64,000 bases of DNA from Eledone cirrhosa. Its lineage: Eukaryota. Each line of letters opens with the position of its first letter. The first letter of the stretch is position 1. The position numbers and the translations under genes were made by a program. This document shows positions 29,698-42,718 of this stretch, one piece after another. The DNA lies in assembly GCA_964016885.1 (NCBI GenBank), contig OZ024740.1, positions 226,858,001 through 226,922,000 on the forward strand. Reading direction: 5' to 3'. The notes beneath the pieces were generated by a model. The model worked only from the letters and a program-made list of their open reading frames with translations. It was not told where the DNA came from and searched no databases.

Positions 29698-29969
29698 TAT
29701 TTCGTTTTCAGTAACCACACAGCCTAACTCTTCACCTTATATATATATATATATATATATACATGAATGTGTGTATGTGTGTGTATTTGTACACATATAA
29801 TTCGTACATTTATCGATACACATATTCAACCAAACCAATGTTTCTGATTTATTCTAAGTCAGTGTAGTAGGTAATATTACATAGATGAAGAAATTAGAGT
29901 GGGTAACACACACATGGGATTTTCAGGGATAAATGTCTTTATATGTATATATACATACCTGCTGCCTTT

Positions 29970-30008
<39 letters not shown>

Positions 30009-30338
30009 GAAAGGTATAGAAATTGTTTTAGCGAGAAGCTAACTGTATTTCATAACATATATGCGACTATGTCGTCAAGATGGGAAAAATAGTTAACGCA
30101 AGATGTAGGAAAAATAATTCAAACTCATCTCAAAAGAGAATCAGGATACAAATTCATCCACAGAATTTAGTGAAATCCAGGGAAAAATCAATAGACCCTT
30201 AACTCATGATAAAATAAAGTCTAAAATACTTATCCTTCAATTTGGAAAAACATCAAATGATCTGTATAGTCTTAAAGACTATTTCATGAAAACTTTCAGT
30301 GGAGATGGTCACGGTTGGATTTCAATCTATATATATAT

Positions 30339-30490
30339 ATGAGAGTTGGCTGAAATGTTCAAAGGCTGATTATGAAGGGATGATGACTGCATTTTTTTCT
30401 TTCCAGAGACTATGTTGAAAAACAAACCTCAACTGGTCTTTCCATATGAATATCCTGGCCAGTCTATGGCCTTTTCAGCCAACCATCGTA
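30339..30490. mobile_element. Mariner-derived MITE with TA flanks
   Basis: Imperfect TIRs tgagagttggctgaaatgttcaaaggctg / cagtctatggccttttcagccaaccatcgta. Confidence 0.75.
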
Positions 30491-30495
30491 TATAT

Positions 30496-30570
<75 letters not shown>

Positions 30571-30817
30571 CGCTCTGGAGCCTTCCTGGGATTAGAAAAA
30601 TGTGATTTCACTTTAGCACTTACTACTAACTATTCCTAGGCTTTTTTTACCATTTCTCTTACTCCGGTTAAAAATCCACTACGCACATCTTGAATACTCA
30701 TATCATATATGAGATTATGTCACTACTCCATGTCTACATATCAAGCAAAACCTTCCCTGGTGGGATCAGCATACTGTTTTATTTCCTATGTACTAAAACT
30801 TTTGTCTTATATATATA

Positions 30818-31010
30818 TCTATCTATCTAAAGCGGGTAAAATTCCCGAGATGGACGAGTTCTCTCCAGCGGTCTCTGTCCCTCATTATCGCTGCCATGTC
30901 CTGCATCTTCAACAGACCAGTGTCTGTCCTTAGGGCATCAACATACATTAACCTTGGTCTTCCTCTTCTAGCGTGTCCATGTAGGGGCTCCCAAAGGAGT
31001 ACCGAGTACA
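30818..31010 (-). mobile_element. Short copy of the same RTE/RTE-X-like LINE
   Basis: Near-identical to 61150-61340. Confidence 0.9.
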
Positions 31011-31055
31011 ATTCAATATATTAATAAATGAAAACTATATTTATAAAACCATAAT

Positions 31056-31120
31056 TATTTTATTATATATATTTCAAGGGTAACCAAGGCAATTTTGGTG
31101 CGCTTTCATCAGATAAAATA
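31056..31120 (-). ncRNA. Minimal type-I hammerhead ribozyme fold
   Basis: Minus strand reads TATTTTAT-CTGATGA-aagcgcaccaa(aattgcc)ttggttaccctt-GAAA-TATATA-TA-ATAAAATA; all core nucleotides present, stem I 8 bp, palindromic stem III. Confidence 0.75.
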
Positions 31121-31191
31121 CAAAATATGTTTTATAAATGTTGACATACCCGTAGAAAACCAACCTTGACGGTTGAAGGTTCACTGGATAG

Positions 31192-31227
<36 letters not shown>

Positions 31228-31458
31228 CTCTATATACTCTATTACTGTATTATGTGTTCCAGCCAATAGGCTGAGGCTATGCTGGGGCACTGCCATATAT
31301 ATATATATACATATATATGACAAAAGTTTTAGTATATATCTGAAAATGAATGCAAAATATATGTAAATAGTCTACCTTTCTCTCTCCCCCTCTCTCTCTT
31401 TACACACACACACTTACATATCATCATCATCGTTTAATAATAATAATAATAATAATTA

Positions 31459-31905
31459 AGGTGGTATGGGATTTTAGGATACAGACAGACAAGAAATTAG
31501 AACACAATAGGCCTGACCTGGTGGTTTTGGACAAGGAAAAAAGATTGTGCCTGATTGTAGATGTAGCCTGCCCATTTGACATGGGAGTGCAAGAAAAGGA
31601 GAGGGAGAAAATTAACCGATACCAGGATTTAAAGTGGGAGTTAAAAAGGATTTGGAACTGCTATGAAATCAAGGTCGTCCCGATTGTCATAGGCGCACTA
31701 GGTACTATCTCAAAGAGTTTCCAAGGATGGTTAAAAAAGATTAGTCCAGCCCTGCTTTTTGGAACACTTCAAAAGGCATGCTTGCTGGGAACAGCAAGAA
31801 CCCTCCGATACGTCCGGAATGTCTGAGGCTGCAGGTAGTGGCTTGATATTCATTTCAACAAACTTTCCAGTTAAATAACATCAATGACTGAGACTCAAAG
31901 AACAA
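31459..31905 (+). mobile_element. R4/Dong-clade non-LTR retrotransposon 3' end (RLE endonuclease, ORF to 31826) in (AAT)n
   Basis: WDFRIQTD..NRPDLVV..IVDVACP..EKINRYQDL..VPIVIGALG..LQKACLLGT; (TAA)n on both sides. Confidence 0.92.
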
Positions 31906-32564
31906 TAATAATAATAATAATAACCACAACAATAACAATAATGATAATTGTATTAGGATTTCTAGCATTAGCATATAGCCTCAAATATTTTTGTGGTAGC
32001 ACAGTTGATTACATCATCTCCATTACATTAATGGATATTACTTTACTGAGCTATGAATGAGGAAATGTTAAGTTGACCTAAGCTGGATTTGAACTCAGAA
32101 CATAAAGAGATGTATCTAAATATCATACAATGTATTTTGTTTCACAATCTCTTAATTCTCACTTATAATGATAATAATAATAAAGAAGCCGTTGGTTTCT
32201 TGCATTGGAACATGGCTTCAGATTAATAGTGGCACTGTGTATAGTGGATTTAATTTTCCTCCTAAATATATTATTATCACTTAAAATCAGCTTTCCATGC
32301 TTTTATACTGTCCCACGCTCTGCTAAGTGCATTTTATCATAGCACAATCACTAGGCTCATCATCATGTCTTTGTCATAACTGAAGGAGCCTTCCAGCTTT
32401 CTACAGCTGGATGCCCTTTCTATCACCAACCAATTTACAACATGTACTGGGTGCATTTATCACATAGGTTACCAACATAGGTTAGAGAGATTGTTATATC
32501 CTTGACATAACTGCTGCTAGTGCTTATTTGAGATTATTTGAAAATATACATCATTATTTATTAG

Positions 32565-32757
32565 GGCGGTGGATTGGCAGTATCGGTAGAGGGTCGGATG
32601 CCATGCTTTGACACATTGAGTTACGGCCCTTACCATTCTGTGTTCAAATCCCACCGAGGTTAACTTTGCCTTTCATCCTTACGGGGTCGATAAAATAAAG
32701 TACCAGTAATACACTGGGATAATAGCTGGCCTTGTGCCAAAAGTAGAAACAATTATT
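32565..32757 (+). mobile_element. Full-length tRNA-derived SINE (dominant family of the window)
   Basis: A box TGGCAGTATCGG, B box GTTCAAATCC, core ttgcctttcatccttacggggtcgataaaataaagtaccag, tail gccttgtgccaaaagtagaaacaattatt. Confidence 0.9.
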
Positions 32758-35134
32758 TGTTAGACCAAAACTAAGACATTTAAGCTGAAGTAATCGACCA
32801 CCTGCCCCAAAAGAAATATATATTTTATCGAAATAGAAATAGAAGCTAAGCCATAAATATTACGGCATAGCTTTTATTTCTATTTCAACTCGAAACTTCG
32901 CTTGCTGCATTCCAAACATACTTCCATATATTTTATCATCTAAATACAACATAAAACTATGTGCTGTAAGTAAATAGTACTAAACATCTTGTAAGAAAAT
33001 ATTTCGTCAAATAAATCCTCAAAGTTAGGTAGAGAGTAAACATCCAAGTTGTTGAATATATCGAGTTTTGAAGTAGTTAACTACTAACGTTATTTTGCTG
33101 TTACCTTTAACATATACTCACTAGGGTGATTCACTTGACTCAATGACTCAATAACATTTTATTAGAACATTGAATTCACTTCAGTTTCAATGAACTCAGA
33201 TCCAGAGGATATAAATAAATGGAAGGGATTTCATAATTACAGGTTTAAAATCTAGTGAAAGATTAGGAAATTGTTTTAAATATCTACAGAACTTTTAAAA
33301 ATTTCCACTTTTTCTTACATTTGAAACATGTAATATCAGGGACTAGACAATTTGTGCAATCATCTTATGGAAAATTCTGCAAATGATACCTTTGACACAT
33401 TCAGACTTCTAACTTTATTCAGAATTTTAAATTTTGCACTAACCACTCTGGCAATGGTAGCTGCGTTGATGTTGGTGTTAGTGGATTGAATGGGGTGGTG
33501 TAATAGTGGTGGTAACAATGGCAGTGATGATGATGGTGGTACTCATATCAGTCATGGCTATGGCAGTGAATGTGCTGAAGAAAATTAAGAAAAAGTCAGA
33601 GGACTAAATGGAGGTGAACATTAAAAAATTAGACATTTCTATAGAAAAAATAGTTTACTTGTATTTAGATTTAAAAATAGGAAAGGTAAAGGTAAAAATT
33701 ATATATATTTATCAAACAGAAAATATTAAACACCAGCTGGGAGTTGCCGAAAGCTATTATCAGCATTCTGTGGACTGCCTTGGGGTGATGAATCAGCTTT
33801 GAAGCCATTTTTCTGAACCCTTACAAATTCTTAACTATTACCTCGAAATCACACTTCTGTGCACAGTTCTATAGCTTCCTGCATGCTGTTAAATCTACAA
33901 CTTTTATAAGCTTCAACTCTTCTGTCTAACAACCCGAGGCTAATCACAAACTATTATCAAATATACAGTTTTGAAATCTCACTTTTTATATGTTATCGAC
34001 ACTTTTGTGTGTTATAGACATTATTTTAAGGGGTGGGGGATTCAATTTTTATTTTCCCTCTAGCAATCGTTGTTAGGGTAGAATTCTCTTCCATTTCAAC
34101 TGTTACAAGAAGGAAAAAGGAAGGACAAAAAAGTTTCAAATTTCCACTATGTTACAGTATAAGCCCTTGTTTGAAAAAAAATGCAAATTTGTAACTTAAA
34201 TGAATATTATACACTAAATAAACCTAAAAAAAAAACCACAAATACATCTCAGTAATTGATGAGGAAACTAAAGTGCAAAGTATGCAGGTAGAAAATATTT
34301 GAATAAAAAAAATTCACCTTTATTACATCCGAAAGCCTCAATAAATTTGGTATGGAGTGGATGTCTTAAGACTCTGTAGTTTTCTTTCTATGCAATTAAC
34401 AGAATTATTTCAACAAATTGCAGGAAAAACTTACACTTTCCTTTAATCTTTTATATTTCATTAAAACAGTAAATTATAAGTATTTTTTTTTTTTTATCTA
34501 ATTGAATTTCAAAACCCAAAGTAGATTAAATTATAAAAATTAATGAGGTAATTCAGATTTTGTAATAAAGAAAAAAAAATGTCTTCTTTTGTGGTGGTGG
34601 GCGATTTCCCACTAGAATCAAATTGATATTTAATTTTTGTTTTAACATATAGAATAAAAGAAATATGTTAGCTTTTATATGAAATATAATTTTGTGATTC
34701 ATTTTTGTAAGTCAATAATAATTTATAGCATAAGACTTGATTTATATTAAATACACACACACACACTCACATATATATACATACACACATACATATACAT
34801 ATATATGTGTGTGTGTGAATGTGCACGTATATATATATGTATAGTATTGGAGGCAATAAATGGTATGAAATGCTATAAATTATTTTATCTCTACTCATTA
34901 GACAATATAGGAATAGTAATGATGACAATGTCGATGATGATGATGATAATGCTGGAAGCAATTACACTAATAATGGGGATGATAAATGGTGAAATTGGTA
35001 GAGTGCCAGACAAAATGCTTTACAACATTTATTTGTATCCCTTTATTTAATTGCTCACCAATTTTAACACCTTCACCTGGTCTTAACATGTTTTTCGTGA
35101 AGTCCACTCAATTACAAGTATTAGGTATAGGTTT

Positions 35135-35223
35135 TCAGTTTGAGGACACGTTCTTATCTCCTTCCCATGGGTCTTGAAGGCCCTGAAAAGGGTTATAATG
35201 GACATTGCCTATTCCTCCTTGTC
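35135..35223 (-). CDS. Candidate terminal coding exon, (G)QGGIGNVHYNPFQGLQDPWEGDKNVSSN*
   Basis: Strong acceptor ttttttttactgtttag|; only phase 1 gives a long open frame; GC-elevated complex sequence; AATAAA on minus about 90 nt past the stop (35042-47). Confidence 0.55.
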
Positions 35224-36535
35224 CTAAACAGTAAAAAAAATTAAAATATCAGAAAACATTCTAAAATCAAATCTGATTAATGTCACCTTTGCCTTTCATA
35301 CTTCTGAGGTTGATAAAATAAAGTGCAAGTCAAGTACTTCTCTGAGGAAGGAGCCCTGCAATGTGGGGTACTTGTTGCTGGCCATTGTCCACAGAAATGA
35401 CTCTGCCATTTTGTCCACGGTGTGCAGCCAAAACACCACTCTGACCTAGCTGTAGAGTTTACACCCTTTCCCCTTCACTTGTTCTTTCTTCCTTTGCCTA
35501 ATAGTCCTTGCTCTTTCCCTCCTTTTCCTCTCATGGCATTTATAGTTCTTTCCTTCCAATACTATTTTCTTTTTCTGTATGTTTGACCAGTAAAGAAGTT
35601 AATTTTATCAATGTTGGTTTTCCCCAAAATGTGCTGGCCTTGTGCCTAAATTAGAGATAATTATTATATAAAAGAAAATGCCACATTTTAGTAGACACAC
35701 ATTTGTATTCTGTATTTTTACTCATATGCACAAAAAAACAAGTTAGGTATAGCAATAAAAGAAAAAATATAGTTATTTTTTTTAATCTCCCCAAATTCTT
35801 GATTACAACAAAACAACAACAAATATTTTAAAGCTGTCTTTCCTGTCAAATAATGATCATCGCCATGAGCATCACCACCACTGCAATCAACAATATCAGC
35901 TTCATTGTTTTTAAATCTGCTTTTCCATACTTCCATACAAGATTTCTTGAGTCTTGGGGCAGTTTGTCAATGGCCGGATGCCCTTCCTGACACCTAACAA
36001 GGATGGTATAAATGATTATGGTGAAGATGACTATCAGGAAAATAATAATGTTGGTGTCCTAATCAATAGTAATGACATAACTTTCAAAATGATACAACAC
36101 TAGCAATTCAAAATTCAATATTCTCAAGCTATTATAGATTGCTGTCTGAGTACTGATCTCAACTACTTCAAATTTTTGTATTGTTTCTTCGATCCAAAAG
36201 TTTCATAAATGTAATAAAAGAACTGAATTATGATGACCTCAGAGCAGGCAAATTTTGAATGAGAACAGACCAGCTGTTCTCTTATTAAGATTGTGGACAA
36301 AACTACATCAATTAGAATAAAACTAAAAAAGTCAGCTAGACAAAGAAAAAAGTTATTTAACTTTACAGATAAAGAATGTATTTTGCCATTCAGAAATTTA
36401 ACCAGTCATAAAACCTTGTTAAACTTGTTTTCAAATTCTGAATCTTAATATACATATATAAGGTGCATGGCTTGCTAGTTAAGGAGCTCACTTTGCAAAC
36501 TTATGGTATGTATATATACACATATATATATATAT

Positions 36536-37390
36536 CATCATCATCATCATCATCATCATCGTTTAACGTCCCTGTTCCACGCTTGCATGGGTTTGGACGG
36601 GGGTTTTCCCACTTGAGGCAAGAGTGGTTGTCTTGCTCGCATAGGACTGTCTGGCGGGTTTTCTACAGCTGGATGCCCTTCCTAACCCCAACCACATTTA
36701 CAGTGTGGGGCTGGGAGGTTTTTACCGTGTTGCCTACACGGTCACATTACAGCGTGGACTGTGTGTTTTTTTGTCGTGACACCTACACGATCTCATTTGT
36801 TTCGGCCTGGATGTTGTGGCACCAACATAACTTTGCACTGAAGGGGGCGGTGTGGATGGGGTGGGACGGGGGTGAATTTTGTTAGAGATGCCTACTGACT
36901 AGTAGGTTTTACTTTGTATTTAGGTAAGGCGGGTCTTCTCTGTTACTGAGTACCGCCAAAGGTCTCGGTCCAGTGACATTGTCTTGGAGAGGTGTAAGTG
37001 TGTGAGGTCGGAATTTATCAGCTCGTCCCAGGTTTTCCTGGGTCTGCCTACTCCGTGGCTACCATCTATCTTTATTGCCCTGCACTTTGTTATACAGCTG
37101 TGGTCTTTCATGCGCATCACGTGACCATACCAACGTAGCCTTCTCTCGAGTAAACAACATCTGATCCCTCTTATTTCTAATTTTTTCCTTAGTTCGTTTA
37201 TGCTTTGCCGTTCACGTATATTACTATTACACATCCAGCGGAGCATGCAAGCTTCGTTCCTCTCTAATCTGCGTATATCCTCTGCACACAATGCCCAGGT
37301 CTCACTGCCATGCAACATTGCTGTTCGTATGCAGGCATCATACAACCTGCCTTTCATTTTTAGGGAGAACCCTTTAGCGGCTAATAGTGG
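36536..37390 (-). mobile_element. 5'-truncated RTE-clade LINE (ORF C-terminus 36920-37387, about 380-bp 3' UTR, (GAT)n tail)
   Basis: KGRLYDACIRTAMLHGSETW...RRLRWYGHVMR...GRPRKTW is typical of the RTE post-RT region. Confidence 0.92.
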
Positions 37391-37553
37391 TATATATATA
37401 TATATATATATATACATACAAACATACATATACATATACACACACATATATACATATATACAAGTGGAAAATGGCTGTTAAACAATGATAATGATGATAT
37501 ATACAGGCAAACATATCTCTCTCTCTATATATATATATATAGTAATAATTGTT

Positions 37554-37704
37554 TAATAAATTTGAAGACTAAAATCCAAAGAGGGCTCGATAAGGATAAA
37601 TATATATCAAATATATAAATATATAAATATATAAATATATATCAAATATATAAGAACCGTTAAGGGTGAAAGCAGCGATTCTTTGCTTAAACTTTAATCT
37701 GTTA

Positions 37705-37711
<7 letters not shown>
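37554..37711. mobile_element. Penelope-like fragment with internal orientation switch
   Basis: 37554-37660 matches 27408-27479 direct; 37661-37711 is the reverse complement of 27493-27543. Confidence 0.65.
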
Positions 37712-37769
<58 letters not shown>

Positions 37770-37770
<1 letters not shown>

Positions 37771-38290
37771 TTTGCAAAGTCTCATGATTGCAGCTGAAAA
37801 ATTTTTAAATGCATTGAAGATGTCCTGCTTCAGCTCATCCTTGGTGTTGCAGGCAGCCTTGTTGGTGACTCTCTCAACTGCATCCCAGAAAGAATAAATC
37901 CAGAGGATTGCAGTCTGAAGAGATAGCATACCACATGTCCATACTGACATGGTCATAAATGCTGCCTGAGAGCAACCTTTGACCCTTCATTTGCATGTGT
38001 GGGGGCAAAGAACCTTACCAGAACATATAAAAATCTTACCCCTGCCACCTCTTCAATTCAGTGCTTCCCATCAGTCTGCAGAACTCCCTGGTACACATCT
38101 TGGTTCACCTTCAGGATCACATTAAAGATGTGAGGGGTCATGACATGTCTCTCATGGCTGATGTGTACAGAAAATCCTGGGACCATCATGTGGGCTAACT
38201 GTTAAGCAGCTGCTATTCTGCGTGTTTGTTCGTTGTTCTGGCCAAAATTATTTTCATCTGAGCAAAACCACATGTTTGATTCCATAAATA
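37770..38290 (-). pseudogene. Decayed Tc1/mariner-superfamily transposase fragment
   Basis: SSDCNPLD/(frameshift)SFWDAVERVTNKAACNTKDELK matches the SPDxNPxD..W motif and following helix. Confidence 0.75.
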
Positions 38291-38794
38291 AACAAAAATA
38301 TGTGATAAATGTAAGATCATGGAAATTTTAAAACATCAGATCATCAGATAAAATATCTCATAGAAGTTCTACATTCTGAATATATACACTCCAAGGATTT
38401 TTGCAGAATTGGTATGAAACTAATGAGTTTGGTTCAATAGATTACTGGTGTTACTTTATCAACTCAAGATAAATGAAAAGTAAAAAATGGTTTGGGCAGG
38501 AAGATGTAACACCCCCCCCCCCCCTCCTCATTGTCCAACGGGGCCCTGTGCTTAATCACACCTAAGCACAATAGTAAATCCATCACTACTAAAGAGTTAT
38601 AACTTAATGCCACATTGTAGTTTGTTCAACACATTGACAATTCTGTCAGTGGGAAGAAAATAATAACAAAAAAATTAACATGGTAATTTTATATTTGTAA
38701 TCTTCAATCATGTGATATTTTAGAATCTTAAGTTCTATTTAATTACCCAAATACACACACAAACACGCATACACACACAAACACACACACACAT

Positions 38795-38979
38795 ACAAGG
38801 GTCAGTTGAAAAGCTCATAGGCTGACCAATATACTCTCATGGAATGACCAGCTGTGGTTTATTTTTCAGCATAGTCCCTGGAAAGAAACAATGCAGTTAT
38901 TAATAAAAAGAGTTGAAATTAATGCATGCAAGATTTCACAGCCCTAACATCACTCTTTCATAGTCAGCTTATCCTCATA
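38795..38979. mobile_element. Same mariner MITE family, opposite orientation
   Basis: tacaagggtcagttgaaaagctcataggctgacc...; interior is the reverse complement of the 30370-30460 interior. Confidence 0.7.
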
Positions 38980-38982
38980 CAC

Positions 38983-39057
<75 letters not shown>

Positions 39058-39109
39058 TAAATTTAGTCCTTCATCAGTGATCTTCCAACCTTCATTGGTA
39101 TTTCATCGC

Positions 39110-39180
<71 letters not shown>

Positions 39181-39850
39181 CTTGCAAGCAGGGAAAAGCG
39201 GACGTAAAATGAAATGATGATGATGATGATGATATTTATCATGCAGTGAAGCTATGCATGTTATAAAATGCATGTGATCAATTGTTGTTAAAGAAAGTAA
39301 GTTACTCTAGTGTGAATGTGTTAAAATGCAAAAGAAAGTAATAGGCTGCCAAGCAGAAGTAGATTTACTCAAAAGTGAGAAACTTCTTGATGGAAATAAG
39401 ATTAGACTGTGATACAAATTAAATGTCTATTTTCTTATTTTCTATTTTAGATTAATGATTAATTTAACAACATAATATCAGACAATTTAAATTTGGTGGA
39501 AGTTTGTATCTTGATGTTTCGTTTATTGAGCTTATCATGCAATTAATACTGTTTCCTATCAGTTAGTTTAGAGTGTTCACACTAGATGAAGTACAATAGA
39601 GCTAACAGATGACAATAACCATTATGAAGCAGAGTGAAAATGTTCACTGCCCCACTACCATTGATTTCCTACTTGCAATTCAACTAAATCTAACAGGCTT
39701 GTTTTTGTAACAAATTGTCCACACTTTTACCAGGTAATAGAAGGAAACAGCCATCTCCTTGTCGATTTATTTTTATTTTTATGTATTTATGTTTTTTTGT
39801 CTTAGTTTATTTTTGATTTTTGTTTCTTTTTGGAATTTAGCAAGTTAGAA

Positions 39851-39939
39851 TCAATATTGCTGGAAGTCAGAATAGAAGTAATTGTCTGCTTTTACGTGAA
39901 TGCATGAGAGATGGCGGCATACAGTCCCAAACCTGCTAA
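39851..39939 (-). CDS. Candidate terminal exon, (V)SRFGTVCRHLSCIHVKADNYFYSDFQQY*; alternative acceptor 39932 gives (G)LGLYAAISHAFT*
   Basis: Tandem acceptors ttattgcag|TTAGCAG|; GC island in a repeat-free 1.2-kb stretch; pyrimidine tract modest. Confidence 0.3.
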
Positions 39940-40535
39940 CTGCAATAATCAATATGGTGTGCTTTCAGAATGGATAGAAAGGAAATTGTTACAATTTCAA
40001 TTTAAAAATCTTATTCTAATTGTTTATAATCAATAATCATTCATTATTTGAAGCCATTAAATATGTCAGGTTTGTTGTAAAATGTAAACTTTTCATGAAT
40101 ACTACAGATTGCTATCTTTTGTAACTATTTATTTTATGTGTAAGTTCTTTCTGTAAGGTCAGCAATATTGCTTAAATAGTTTATTTTAATTTCCTGCTCA
40201 TTCAACACTTTATTATTCGATATTATTACATTCAGTATTACTGCATTTAGAGCCACCATAGTTACCAAAATATATCAAAGCTACCATAGTTATTATAATA
40301 TATCAAAGTAACAACATAGTCATCAAAATCTATACAGCTTTCCTTTGGTGCTCTGTTTGAAACTTATCATAGATACTTTTACCTATAATTTGTTAAATAA
40401 GTTTGTAAACTCATGCGGAACAGTATACTTATATGACATTATTTCATCAAATGATTTCAAACTTGGTCACTGTTCTATTTTAGATTATTATTATTATTAT
40501 TATTACTATTAATAATATTATCATCATTCTTATTA

Positions 40536-40778
40536 CTTTGCCTTTCATCCTTATGGGGTCGATTAAAAAAAGTACCAGTAATGCACTGGATAATTGCTGG
40601 CCTTGTGCCAAAAAAGTAGAAACAATTATTATTATCATTATTTTGCGCGTTATCACTGCATTACCGAGCGCAGCTCTGTGCGCCTTGGGTATGTACAGTG
40701 TGGTTTTTAGTGGTGTTTGTTCTATTGTATTGGGAGTACTCTTTCTAATATGTGTGCTGTGCCTAGTAGTGCTATTAC

Positions 40779-40820
<42 letters not shown>

Positions 40821-41118
40821 TCTTTACAGGGTCAATAAATAAAGCACCAGTAATGCACTAAGGTTGATTTAATTGATTTTCCCTTTCACCAAAATTGCTG
40901 GCCTTGTGCCTAAAGTAGAAACAATTATAGGTGGATTGGCAGTATCGGTAGAGGGTTGGATGCCATGCTTTGCAGCACAGAGTTACGGTCCCTTACGGTC
41001 TGAATTCAAATCCCGCTGAGGTTAACTTTGACTTTCATCCTTACAGGGTTGATAAAATAAAGTACCAGTAATGCACTGTGATAATTGCTGGCTTTGTGCC
41101 AAAAGTAGAAACAATTAT
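40536..41118 (+). mobile_element. SINE cluster (partials 40536-40630 and 40820-40928; near full-length 40930-41118)
   Basis: Repeated family core and tail motifs. Confidence 0.85.
40640..40780 (-). mobile_element. Short 3' end of the same R4/Dong-type family
   Basis: Similar to 41135-41260; bounded by (ATT)n. Confidence 0.7.
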
Positions 41119-41129
41119 TATTATCATTA

Positions 41130-41565
41130 TTGTGTGTCATCACTACATTACGGAGCACAGTTCTGTGTGCCTTGGGTATATGCAGTGTTGTTTTCTGTGT
41201 TACTATTTCTATTGTATTAATAGTACACTTCATAATATATGTGTAGTACCTAGTAATACTATTTTCTGTATGCTTTATATATTTGTAAGTCCTGGCATTT
41301 TAGTTATGTATCTGCCTGGTTGTGTTTTTATCATTCCCACAGCACCTATTATTATAAGGATTGTTTCTGCTTTCATCATCCACATTTGGATTATTTCTAT
41401 TTCCAGATCTTTATATTTAATAATTTCTCCATTTCCTTGATAGATATATTGTCATCTGGGAGGATACATCAATTAAAAGACACTTTTTCCTTTGTGGGCT
41501 TTAACTATAATATTCCAATAGTTGGCTTTGATCTCTGTATGTATATGTATTGGCATACCCTAAAG
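41130..41565 (-). mobile_element. Degenerate R4/Dong-type RLE element, different family
   Basis: Minus frame KYKDLEIEIIQMW..IIIGAVGMIK..IQKIVLLGTTHIL with stops; its 3' end also occurs at 40640-40780. Confidence 0.75.
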
Positions 41566-41877
41566 TTATTATTATTATTGTTATTTTTACAAGTTTATTT
41601 TTTTAGTTTTTATTATAACATTTTTTTACACACAAATCCCACCACATTGTAATGTCCTATGTTGTCTTTCATGTTTACTTAATGTCAGACCAGTGTGGCT
41701 AATAAAGAAACTATTATCATTATTGTGATTGTTGTTGTTATTGTTATCATCATCGCTCTGTCATGCGGTGCAGTTAGATAATGCACCAGGGTATTTAGTC
41801 ATCTGTCACCTCACAACAAGGACCTCAGATAGATAACACTTTCCTCTATTATTATTATTAATATTATTATTATTATT

Positions 41878-42055
41878 TGCAGCATATAGTTATGGCCCTT
41901 TACGTTCTGAGTTCAAATCCCACCGAGGTTAGCTTTGCCTTTCATCCTTACGGGGTCGATAAAATAAAGCACCAGTAATGCACTGGGATCAATTTAATCG
42001 ACTTTTCCCTCCCCATAATTGCTGGCCTTGTGCCAAAAGTAAAAACAATTATTAT
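41878..42055 (+). mobile_element. SINE, 5'-truncated, longer variant
   Basis: B box, core and tail present. Confidence 0.85.
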
Positions 42056-42073
42056 TATTATTATTATTATTAT

Positions 42074-42113
<40 letters not shown>

Positions 42114-42114
<1 letters not shown>

Positions 42115-42403
42115 TTGTTACACAGTAATTGATGTTGTGACCAGTATAAATACACTTCCTATTGGACCACAACCTGTGGTTGAGTATGAAAAGCATCCTT
42201 ATCCTGTTTCCTATTAATGTCCTTCCCCACTGTTCATAACAGTCCTCATTTTGTGTCAAATACTTCCCAGATAATGCTTACTGTTCCAATTAAATAACTT
42301 TTATTGCACCACATCCAATCTTAGGTTGTTGCCTAGCTTGCCAAGGTTTTCATTTCAAATTTTTTTTTGTCATTGCTCCCAAAGCTCCAATGTCAATTGG
42401 CAG
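42114..42403 (-). mobile_element. Degenerate RLE-type (R4-like) retrotransposon 3' end
   Basis: LRLDVVQ/(frameshift)YLIGTVSIIWEVFDTK* resembles the QKxxLLGT C-terminal motif. Confidence 0.5.
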
Positions 42404-42443
<40 letters not shown>

Positions 42444-42457
42444 TTACTACTACTACA

Positions 42458-42535
<78 letters not shown>

Positions 42536-42539
42536 TCTG

Positions 42540-42585
<46 letters not shown>

Positions 42586-42626
42586 TACTGATGCTACTGC
42601 TACTGCTGCTACTACTGCTGTTGCTG

Positions 42627-42670
<44 letters not shown>

Positions 42671-42718
42671 GCTGCCGCTGCTACTGCTACTACTACTACT
42701 TCTACTACTACTACTACT
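42404..42718. repeat. (ACT)n/(GCT)n microsatellite
   Basis: Direct reading. Confidence 0.95.

Noticed and set aside
32565-32655. tRNA gene
   Set aside because: A and B boxes belong to a multicopy SINE head; no cloverleaf.
38330-38358. TATTTTATCTGATGA on the minus strand, same start as the hammerheads
   Set aside because: No stem II, GAAA or stem I partner follows.
39955-40000. Plus acceptor giving EWIE..., resembling the QKI-7 tail
   Set aside because: Four-residue match only; no other Quaking exons seen.
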